From Raillietiella orientalis (Eukaryota): 64,000 nucleotides of DNA. Within the stretch, counting starts at the first letter, position 1. The number at the start of each line of letters is the position of its first letter. Of the stretch, positions 10,600 through 21,670 are shown one piece after another. Under the pieces are notes generated by a model, which was not told the origin of the DNA, ran no database searches, and saw nothing but the letters and a program-made list of their open reading frames with translations. Made by a program: the position numbers and the translations under genes. The stretch spans positions 1,736,001-1,800,000 of the forward strand of contig JAYWIR010000019.1 of assembly GCA_036172245.1 (NCBI GenBank), given 5' to 3'.

Positions 10600-12000
10600 C
10601 AACGGAAAAAAAAAAAACAAAAACTGTCAAATCAGAAGAGGACAATGTCATCTGGAGCAGCCGAGAAGATCGATAGCGGATAACTACAGTGGGAACGAAA
10701 GCGAAACCATCCTCCTAGTTCACACGTCCATCTACGGACGTTTACTGGGTTTGTGTCCCAGAGCCAAGCTGCGAGCACACCAACATGCCCATCAGTCAAA
10801 CCAGCAGGCACCTCCGAAAGCCGTAGGTCACGATGGACATTTTCTCCTCCACTGGAAAAAGCTTTCGGACAATCGCAGAATGCATACCGGTTTCGGAAGA
10901 GTCTGATTCTTCCAGAAATTCGTCCTCCTTCAGAATGCTTGGGTCGCGGTATTGGAGCGCGACCAGCATGGAAGTCATCCTGGACATAATTAGAGGAACG
11001 TTTCGTGCAGCCCCCATGCGTACGACGCGGTACATCTGCTACTCCTTCTGCATTGGACGTTTGGCTGCATCTCTGCAAGATAATGGGGGGGAATGCCACG
11101 AACCTCGTGGTATTTCTCTGGAAAGGTTGCATCGGACGAGCTGTTTTTGCTAACCCAATCAAGGATAATCTGGATTCTGCTCGATCAAAGCTCTTTACTT
11201 TGTTAGGGATGAAGCCCGGATGCAGATAGGTTTCCAGCAGCCAACGGATCGCCGTCACCGCGAGCAGCTTTCTCCGTTTGCTTTCTTCAATTTTCCTTCT
11301 GGAGAAATGTAGTGCCACTTTCCACCATTCTTTACGTTCCAAAACCTGCGACGCGGTCCCGGTATTTGATTCGGAACACTTTTTAAGGTTCCTGAAGGCC
11401 CCTCGGCAACAAGCAAAAGGAAACAAATGGCGGTTTCTCACAACTGCGCGGGAAACGATAGTATGAGCTTAGCTACAAAGGTGCTGGATGTCATACATCA
11501 TCCGAAAAATTCCCATTCGGCAGCTGGCGTGGCCACAGTTGCCGACGACCGTTTTGCGTAAGGTGCCTGGATAGCAGAATGCTGTTGCAGGACATGGAAA
11601 GCATTTTTCTGTGTACTTATCAGTGCCTGGAAGAAGCTTCAAACCCTAAACAGAAGCAGTTTATGAGTGCCACAGACGACAGCCCATTTTCCAGTTATTT
11701 TCTGTTCGCCAAGAAATACCCATGCCTCTAAAGAACACCTTTTTCGATGTCGTTGTTCGAGAAATGCAGCCACCACTGGTGCTTTCCGTGCGCGGAGATG
11801 GTGAGGAGCCCTGGTATCCCTGCGCACGCGGTTCCGGTCCCCCCTGCAGCAGGACGCATCCGTTGCCAAATTCGTTCTTCGTGAAATTGTTCTTCTATCC
11901 AGTCGACTTTTATTCTTATTGCAAATAAGGCAGATAGAAGAACAGGAAACATTCGAAACTGAATGTTCCATTCGTACGCACTCGAACTCTGTACTTTTGA
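10600..12000 (+). mobile_element. Highly decayed reverse transcriptase remnant (non-LTR)
   Basis: No coherent spliced gene could be built. Broken + strand frames give RT-like motifs in the expected order: RGPGI (~11355), SWR..TVADDRF (~11525), SNPKQKQF (~11640), HHW...GIPAH (~11770-11825), IRQ (~11925). Confidence 0.25.
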
Positions 12001-13146
12001 AATTCATATCCTCTACGAGTGAAGAAAAAAAAAAAAAAGAACACCAATGTTTTTTTTTTTTTTTTCCAGTACGAATCATAAAATAATGCACTTTTAGGAA
12101 CCAAATCAGCCATCTTTTTTTTTTTTTCTACTAGGGATCAGACTGGGGGTTTTAGGAAATAAACTTTTCCTCAAAGCCCCGGCAGAATTCACTCTTCGAT
12201 TTTTGAAGTCTCATCATATGGGGAAGGAAAAAGCGGTTTTCAGCGGTTGATCAGCGAGTCATTGGAATAAAAAACTAAATTAGGAGGGGGGAAACACATG
12301 CAAAGAAAAGTGAACACTCGTACACATAAACACACGTACACCAGAACTCGAAAATGCAATAAATCTTTACGATTCGTTGCGAGTCCGAAAACCCTTTTTG
12401 AAACTTCCGCTTCCCAGGTTGGATTCGTTAAAGGGTCGAAACATACCGTGGGGGAAGAAAGGAAGAGAGAGGGAACGGTCCGATTCTCCTCATTCTCGCC
12501 GCGCACCTTCCTCCACGGAGCGAGGGGGACCACCGTCAGCCCCGTTGCTCGGAGACGACGGATGCTGCGATCCCGGGAGCGCGCGGCGCACGCCGCTGCG
12601 GCTGTCGTCGCCGAGGCGCATGCGCAGGGACGGCGGTGCTCTGCTCGCTGGGAGCACGAGGCATTTGCCTGCCCGAGTTGCGTCGTGATAGGAAGGCTGA
12701 CGCGCAAGGCTGTGAAACTGGTAATCTTTTTTTCTTCATCCTTTTTTGGCGTAAACCAAAGGGATCTTTCTTTTGTTCTTCCTTTTTTTTCCCCCTTTCA
12801 AAACAATCGTGCCCTCCTTCCACACTGTACCGTACCGATAAATCGTAGGGTAGACTGCAGTCGGTGGGGAAAGAAAGCCTTACGAGTAGAGTTTCCGGAA
12901 GGGTAAATTAGGAGGGGAAAACTTTGTGAAAAGAAATTTGCCGTTTTTCCGCGCGCATGTGCAGTCGACTTGTTAGATGTCGTTTGCGGTTGCTTAAAGT
13001 AATTTTGATCAGCGACTGAATTGGTGTGGGCACCCGTGGTTTCATGCAACATTCATCTCTAATAGAATAGTGACGAATTCTGTGTACTGGAACGGAGCTG
13101 CTTTGTTTCAGTGTTTCGGATATTCGTTTCACCACGGTGTATCAGC

Positions 13147-13386
13147 ATGGCGTTTGCCAAAAGAGTGTACGCTTCCATAACGAAACGGACATCCACGTTC
13201 GTATTGGCCTGTGTGTTAGCTGCTTTTGGAGTTGAGAGAGGTCTGAACGTGGCAGCTGACGCTATTTTTGATCATATAAATGCAGGGGTAAGTGCCAAAA
13301 AAAAAAAAAAAAAAAAAGTTTTTCATACATTTATTTGAGTATTAATTTAGAAACAGTGGAAAGATATCAAGCACAAGTATGAGTAG
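13147..13386 (+). CDS. UQCR10: Cytochrome b-c1 complex subunit 9 (QCR9/UQCR10), 58 aa; exons 13147-13287 and 13351-13386
   Basis: MAFAKRVYASITKRTSTFVLACVLAAFGVERGLNVAADAIFDHINAG|KQWKDIKHKYE*. The KRTSTF...ER...D.IF...N.GK.WKDIK.KYE pattern is diagnostic. 63-nt GTAAGT...TTTAG intron; AATAAA at 13433-13438. Confidence 0.95.
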
Positions 13387-13477
13387 GTTTCATATCAGTC
13401 TTCCCCCACAAATGATGAGGCCATAATCCTATAATAAACAGAATTGTAGATCGGATATATGAATTTGAATTTATTCT

Positions 13478-14344
13478 TTAATCGTCATCAGTAGAAAGTG
13501 AATAGCCTTTAAACTGGGAAATGATGTCTCCCCATAAAAGATGACTATTGCATGATGGACATTTCCCTTCAACTGGTAAGATGTAAGACTGTCCATGAAG
13601 AAAGCAGCGTGCTAAGCACAGAAGATGTGCACTCATGCTGCATTCTGGCTGCGTGCAATGCAGGGAAGTGTTGGGATCTACAGACTCTTGGCAAAGTATG
13701 CACATAGTAGACAGAGTGATTTGAGGATGCTTTTTTGGTGAATTCACAATCAGTGATCCAGCATAAGTCACCACAGGAATGTGAATTGGTGGTTCTAAAT
13801 CATTCTGAATAAATATGCATTCAATGTTTGGCAGAGATGGGTACCTATAGGAAAACTTCTTCTTAAATTCTCATCCATCCAGCATACTGCAAGGGGCAAC
13901 CGTGACCAAGGAGGAGTGGATAACATGTGTGCTAAGATACGGATGTGAAAGTCATAAACAGTTTCTTTGGATGTCCTCTGTAAACTGAAAGATTTCCGTC
14001 GGCGAGATCGCTTAGGATGTTGCCATGCCCACTCAAACTAGACAGAACCACCTGATTCTAGATCTGTTTTCTAAGAATTGCTCACCATTAGTGCTGCCAC
14101 TTCACTGTGAAAACCATGCACAACCAGTGCCATATCCCTAAAACATTTGACTCTTTGCAATCCAGTGCATTGCTCACCATGGGCCTCGCTGACTTGTTTT
14201 CCATGCTCCACCGTAACGAGCCCCTTGATTATGTTGGTGTAAACGTCTCTCAGGACTTGTGGTATAACCTACGTATACCCTGCCACGATATTGCGGGTTG
14301 GCACAGTAGAGTAAGTAAACTCCATGGAATGCCTTTTTTGGCAT
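13478..14344 (-). CDS. SLX1: Structure-specific endonuclease subunit SLX1 (GIY-YIG nuclease plus C-terminal RING-like finger); exons 14344-14178, 14137-14086, 14037-13845, 13794-13478
   Basis: [86 protein letters not shown]...PPWSRLPL...|...CILC...C...C...HLLCLA...[10 protein letters not shown]...LWGDII. Three GT-AG introns of 40-50 nt; AATAAA at 13475-13470. Confidence 0.95.
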
Positions 14345-14449
14345 TACCTATCGGTGGCATATGGAGAAATGCAGTGGAACAGTGAGGGTGTTGGGAAATT
14401 CCTCCCCTCATTTAACCAAAATGAATACGCAGTTTCATTTTTTCTTCAT

Positions 14450-14455
14450 TTTATT
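14450..14455 (-). terminator. Probable polyadenylation signal of NLK
   Basis: First AATAAA on the - strand, ~115 nt after the NLK stop codon. Confidence 0.6.
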
Positions 14456-14570
14456 AAATAGGCTGTCAGAATAGTCTTATCCTGCTGAGGTAGAGGCAGT
14501 TGGTAGCAGGCTAAGGCTATGAGATCGAAAGGGCCAATCACAACTTGGCAGTGCGATGGCATCATCACAG

Positions 14571-17500
14571 TCATTCCCATGGCCGAGGAGAAGGTGGCAA
14601 TTCTGATGGATGGGCCACTGTGGAGCTGCATGGCATACATTAAAGTTAACATTTGCTAATAAATTCACCTAGCAAAACTCTTATAAGCTGCAGAATGGGG
14701 GTTGATGCACAAAGGTATCTGGGAACTATGCTGCAAATGATCCATGATGAACCGGTACATTTTCTCTACAAAAAGACTGCAAACATGTAAATGAACTTGT
14801 TCTGACCTTGCACTTGCTGCAAAGTATTGAGCTCATGCTCCCATCGGTTATCGAAAGCATGGGTAGCAACCGGCTCCAATTCATGACAAAACTGCCTGTG
14901 TCCTTCAGCATTCGTAAGGCAACATGTACACATGCATGAATGATAACGCAGACGGCCCTCATCCAAGTAAGGGTGAGACAAGGCTTCGTGAGCAGAAATG
15001 CGTTTTCGCTAATGCAAATTATGTAGTGCTAAATCATGAATGCACCTACCGGATTGAAGACTAGCATCTGCAACAACAAGTGGACTGCATCAGGAGTGAC
15101 TTCTGGAGAAAGACTGTATAAGGTGGATAGTGATGGAAGCTTAAATGGTTGGCTATGCATGTGCATTTGAGCAGCTGGACATGCCAGTTCCATGTCTTCA
15201 CGGGTTGGGGTGCCCAAGAGGTCCGTAATCAGATCCAGCTTAAAGCATTCAAAGATAGAATTCTGAGTGTTGCCAATTTAGTTACAATAAAGGCAACTAC
15301 GCTATCAATATATATATATATATATTGATATTACAGTTACCCCCCTTGTAGCACCCGCGCAAAATCCGAGTTCCCCGCTGGTGAGACTCGGATTGGAATG
15401 GTTCTTCTTCAGCAAGACTGCAAGAACAGAATGTTGAAAGCAATGTCGCGATCGTACTGTAGAAGATGTTCTGTATCAACTTCATCTTGAAAACTTCAAA
15501 GTGCGCTGATGATGTTTATTCCGACAATCATTCCATTCGCGCTAAATGATTTCATAATTCGCGCCTCGCTTAACTGAAATCTATGCTATTCCACAATCCC
15601 CGGTGGTGGCCGAGCTTTGCAGACAACGCGCCCACAGTTCAGTGCTGAGACATCCGATGGAAAAAAGAGAGAGAGAGAGAGCCCAAGCAGCGGATTTCAA
15701 AATCTTCAGCTTCCCTGATCTACCATGCATTTTTTGATTCGCAGTGTTACAATCATTCAAAGCACACTGAACTTGTAAAAAACAAACAAACAAACAAACA
15801 AACCCATCGCATCGAATATCTATTTTTTCCAATCTGCCGTGTCGTTTTAAATCTTTACTTGCTGCTTGGTTATCTTGAAACCCTTCCGCTCATCACGCTC
15901 GCATTCGATTCAGCATCGCATGTGTGCAGTTCTCTCCCACCTCAACTACCAAGTCCAGGGTCAACTGCCACACCTTTTCGTTTAATCGTCAGTACCATTA
16001 GTCGGATACTGAGACACGATGAGTCTATTAGGAGGAATAAAGAAAAAAAATTCTGGTTTTCCTCTTGGTTCGGTCTTGCTTTCAAGAAAGAGCACCTCGG
16101 ACGGCGTGGCTCTCCCACACGGCTTTCGGGACCGCTGGATCGAACTTCTTATCACAGTTCAGCGAGGAACCACGAACCCCCCCCCCCCCCCCAACATTGA
16201 TTTTGAGGAACACGCGTTACCATCCCTTCCATAACCGATCACAAAATGCATGGGCCTCCTCGACTGCTTGTAACGTCAGAAACTGCTGGTGTTGAAACAA
16301 CAACAGGGCGAGCCAACAAATTCCCACACCAATACGTTGCCGGTGTCTCCCACTTGTGCACTTCAACGAATTCGAAATCCCTAACAGAGCCCCCCCTATT
16401 AAAATACCCTGCTTTCCCTTCTGCAAAAGACACACACACACGAAATGCGCGATCAATATGGATGCGATGGGAAGACTGCTCTGATCGAAATCGGGAAAGC
16501 GTGCACGATGTGGTGATTCTCGCTGCCCGCTGTTCCCCACGAGACGACAGAAGAAAAACAACATGATGTCCTCCGTTCAGCTATCCCCCGAATTCTTCTT
16601 GAAGCCAATCCCACATCCGCGGCGAAGGCTGCCAGCTCTTCGTCCTTCCTGGACGGAACGCGCGAGAAAAGGGAGTTACGCGTGGAGATCCGAAATGGTG
16701 ATCCTGAAGGGTCCACCGCAGCGATTTTTCCTGTTACACCTTTAGACTCTAAATGGAAAAGAACAGATGAACGCATGAGGAATGCAGAAAACCAAAAGCC
16801 AAAATTTGGTGCAGGTTTACGTAAACGGCACAGCACCCCCAAGGGCTGGGAAAAGTTCTTTGCTTTGATTGCACACCACAGTGCACTGGATTCAGACGGA
16901 AGACACCGTGATGCAAGAAATGACTTTCTCTCCGGACAGGCACACGAACCGTCAACGTGACAGCGAAAAAGTTCGCGGGATCGTTTAATGAAAAAAGCCA
17001 ATCCAATATCTCAAAACAGAGTTCTGCAGGAAGGAAAGGTTGCGCGGCTTGCTGGCTCTGATGCAACGGACAGTGGAACCTGTGGACGGCGGCGTGACAC
17101 GCGGATTTGCTGCCGAGTACCGGCACGCCAAGGTGATGGCAGTCTCCTGCGTGCCCGAAATCACCGTCTGCACACAATGGCAACTCCGTGGGGCTTTGAG
17201 AGAGATCCGACGTGCGCGGAAGCCACGGAACGGGGTGGCTCGTTTCGGGCGGGCGATGGGTCCCCCGCGTCGGTGAAGTGGGCGCCCTTGTTCGCCTTTT
17301 TCCTTTCCCATTTTATTTGGGGCGATCCAAGCACCGGCTCTAGGTTTAACAGGGAACCAAAGGGAATGGTAGGCGCGAGCAGCAGCAAGGAACAGAGGAG
17401 TGGATTCCCACAGTCCGGAAAACCTGCCATTTCGAGATCGGACCTCGGGGTAAGGCGTTCATCAAGCGTCGTGCAAGATTCCGTCCGCAGATTGAAATCT

Positions 17501-20500
17501 GATGCGAAATTTACGGCCGAACGAGGAGGCGCGAGAGTGAAATGCAGGTAAAAAGCGAAGACCAGAAATAGCAGTGGGCGCGGGAAAGAAAAAAAAAAAA
17601 AAAGGGAAAGTACACACACAGAGACACACACACACACATGCTGTGGCAGCATCGCATGCAACTCCACTTACGACGAGGACGACCGGAAAGCAATCGCGAC
17701 CCTTGAGCGAACCACGTGAGAAACCTGCCAGGTCTCCCTAACGAAACCAGAAACTGGACGGCAAGACGAGATGAGTTACCACGGAATGTCGGCCGTGCTT
17801 TCGGAGCTTCGGGTTGAGGGTAGCAGCAGCAGGCGCTCCCTGCGAATGGATGCGCTTCAAGAACAGCGCCGAGAACGAAGGCGCGCGCCAATTCAGAACT
17901 TGGCTTTAGGAAGGAAAAAAAAAACCGAAACCCACGCCAATCCGCAGAGTCAGATGTGCAGCAACGGGCGCGCCATCCTCTGCTTGTCAGCGCTTGAGAT
18001 GAGAAGAGCAGGGAAACGCTGATATGCGCGAGTTCGGCTGGAGGACCGGGACGTGCCGCAAGCAGGCAAAACGAGTGCGGCGGCTCCCTTTCGTGGAGGC
18101 GATCCCGGGCTTGCAGATCACAGAGTTGAGGAGGCGAGGAGGCCCAGCGCACGCCAGGGCAGCAGGAGGGGGGTCTCCGGCGGTCCACGCGGAAGCGCGC
18201 TCGCGCAAGGCCACCGAAAGCCGGGGCGAGGAATTCCACTCACCTGCTCCACGACGCTGGATGCTGGGAACAGAATGCGCCTTCCGAGCAGCTCCGCAAA
18301 GATGCATCCGACGCTCCACATGTCTATGCCACGACCGTAGTGCCGCGCGCCCATCAGGATCTCCGGCGCGCGGTAGTACTGAGTGACCACTTCTTGTGTC
18401 ATGCACTTGCTCCAGTCCGGATCTTCCACTCTAGCCAGACCGAAATCACAGATCTGAAGGATGCAACTGTACTGCTACTGCTGCTGCGCCTTGGGAACTT
18501 GCCTTGAGGACGCAGTTGCTGTTCACCAACAGGTTTCCCGACTTGATATCCCTATGAAGAATCTGACACGAATGCAGGTATTTCACGCCTAAATACATTT
18601 GTGATCATGAATGAGAAATCGACTTTGATGCAACTAACCTCTTAAAATCTGGTACATAAATACTTTGATATGATCGGAAGATAAAACTTGTGGGGACATT
18701 ATAATCTTATACAAATCACTTTGCATGAGTTCTGTAATCACATATCTATTGGCATTAAGGTAGAGACGAGATAAACAACATCCTTAAGAAAGCATTGCTT
18801 TATTTATTTCCTCCTAACGCTCATAAAATAGGATGTAAAAGTGCCCGAGGTCATGGCCGTAAGGATGATGAATGGACGGTTTTTTTCTTTTTTTTTTTTT
18901 CTCTGGCCAAAGGCCCTTAGGTCAGTCCTTGCCTTCTCCCTCCCCCCTCCCCGAGCAACGGAGCGTCATTCAGAAGTTCCTGTCTTCCGATAACGAAGTT
19001 GAAACAAAACAAGCGCTATCAGAAGCAAAGGACACTCTCTACGCCCTCAAGACAACTCGAAACTTGCCCTTTCTATTACAACATTCCAAGGCCATTGTTT
19101 TGGAAGTCTACAATCACATCTTGAAACCTCGCCTCTGGACCGACGGACTATTAGACATCCCCCGACCCTTTGCGCCGAAAATCAAACGCCTTTTCTTCGA
19201 TACTTCCCCATTATGTTCCCATTTACCCTGCTGCTGCTGAACAACAAGTAGAGAACAGAGAGCAGACACAGAAGAAACGAAATCCTGCTTCAGCGAATCC
19301 AGTCTTCCCCGTTTCCAGTATCCATTTTTCTAATCTCCTGACAAACTCCCATACACAAAGGGGAACGTGATCCAGAAGGGAAGAAAGGAAAATTGACGCC
19401 ACGGGATAGATAATATTCCCGACGAACCATATACCGGGAGTAGCCTTGCTCGGGAAAGCTTTCATTAGGAATGCACATGCACAATAAAAAGCTTTCGGAG
19501 AAGAAAACCATGTGTTCCAGGTTTACATCTGGCCGCCGCGACGAGCATCACACGTGATATATCATTGCGAACAAAAGAGGGGGGGGGGGGAATAACACGG
19601 AAAAACAAAAAAAAAAAAAAAATGTAATGTATGAAGCGAAAACAGAAGAGGGAAACAGTCGAGGGAAGGAACTTTTGCAAAAGGCGCACACACGCCCAGC
19701 CGGAGGTAACCCTGGTTTCGTGAGCGACCACGTCAGAAAAGGATACACTTCCTGGAAAAAATCTATGTGTGGAGGTTGGAGAATGTCGAGAGCACAGAGG
19801 ACCTTGGGTGAAATCAACCCACCATTAGCAGCCCAGCCCGTATGAGATACGTACGTTGTCGTGTTTGAAGTTGCACAGCATCTGCAGCTCACGAAAAACC
19901 CGCTTCGAAGATACCAACGTCTGGAACACGTTTGGCATTTTTTTGAGAGCCACTCTTTTCCCATCCCGTGGATCCGTGACTGCCCTGAAACGACGGACAC
20001 GGTGAGGAACACCTCGGCGGTACACTTCGTTCCGACTGATACGTGGACATCAACTGGTCAAGAGATGATCCGAAAAACGAACAACACGCAAAACACCGCG
20101 CACATCCCGTGGCGTGAAGGTACACCATTTTCACATTGATCGTTTACTGTTCGGTAATAACGGCTCACTACTGATAGCGTTCTGAGCAACCCCTTGACCT
20201 CCAAGAGCTCACATACGGTTTGCTCGAAATGCTCCAAAATTCAATGGCTGCAAACATTCTCATTGAAAACAACAACAACAACAACAACAACAACAGCTTC
20301 TTGATTAATGAAATTCCCGTTCGGGAGGCGAACCTGATGACGGAAGAAGAAGGCAGGCCCGGGTGTCTCTTTCAACACCACAGAAAACACGGTGCAAGAA
20401 GTTGGTATTTTGTGGATTCAATCGACTGCAATCAATCTTCGAAATGTGTGTGTGGGGTGGGGCGGGGGAGGGGGCGAGGGAATGCCTCTTAAACATTAAA

Positions 20501-21621
20501 AACAAGGCAGCTACGTACTGTTCCATAATCAAATCGAATATACGACTTGCAACACGTAATTACTCTTAAATTTGCATAATGGAGGGAAAATGATGGTTCA
20601 TCTTGCATTTCGAAGATCGACATTGAAAGCAGCACGGGAGAGCATGTTTTTCCCGAAATATTTTCATAATGACCAACTCCCATAACTTCCCGCGAAGGAA
20701 CAGCCTTTGTATCTCCAAATAGCCAGGAATAATCACAGCTTTCGGGTAATTACTTTCAACTGTGCTGCCTTGAATACTTGAGGAATTACACATTAGGAGA
20801 GAGACACGTGAACAAATAATGTTACCGGGCAATATTTGTCTATGAGACACCCACCCCCCCCTCTCTCTCTCTCTCTCGTTTTTCCTGACAGCAGCGAAAC
20901 ACCAGCAGGAGCCGGCGGTGCTCTTCATGAAAACTTTAGGCCCTAAAATCTTAGGTCCTGACTTTGGTCTTATCAAAGAAAAAAAGGCACAGAGCTCTCG
21001 CAGGCCATTGCTTCCCATTCGCTATTTGATTATTCCCAGGATGAGTTGAGGACTCACTACTGAGCGAAGCTTTGCTGGGCCTCAACCTCAGCGAACTCAT
21101 CCACGTGATCGACGCACCATCCCTCCTCTTCCGAGATTACCTCGGAGAGTGCCGCTGATCCCCACGGAGACATGGAAACGCCACCGTTGATAAACGTGCG
21201 TTCCTGCTGTAACAGATGCAACGCTCAGGGGGCCGACTCAAAGAAGAGGACGCATCCAACGTTTTTTGCCTGTCCAGACACCATTTCAACCGGTCTGAGA
21301 AACGAAGCAGTAGGAAAAGAAGAATGCATACGCGTGTGTGTTATCTATCTATCTACGTATGCACAAATCTACACATACACACGTGTAGGCACGTATACAT
21401 TCAGTGAGGTTAGGCACAACTGGCTATGAGGCCAAGCAACGTCATCAGCGAAGGTATCCTTAAATAGATATATTTATATGTGTTTATAAAGTACTTTGCG
21501 TTTTTTTTTTTTTTTTATAGATGCTTAATAATTTGGCTGAATCCAGAAGTTTTTTCCGGCAACAAGTTAAAAGCTGAGACGAAGTGGTGTTACTCTCAGC
21601 TTTTACCCCTAAATAAATACA

Positions 21622-21670
<49 letters not shown>

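Noticed and set aside
10632..11952. Spliced host gene on the - strand (269-aa ORF and neighbours)
   Set aside because: Candidate splices did not give a coherent protein. A decayed RT on the + strand fits better.
13478..14344. GIY-YIG nuclease as a Penelope or homing endonuclease
   Set aside because: It has spliceosomal introns, the FEWAWQHP motif and a C-terminal RING-like finger of host SLX1, and no linked RT.
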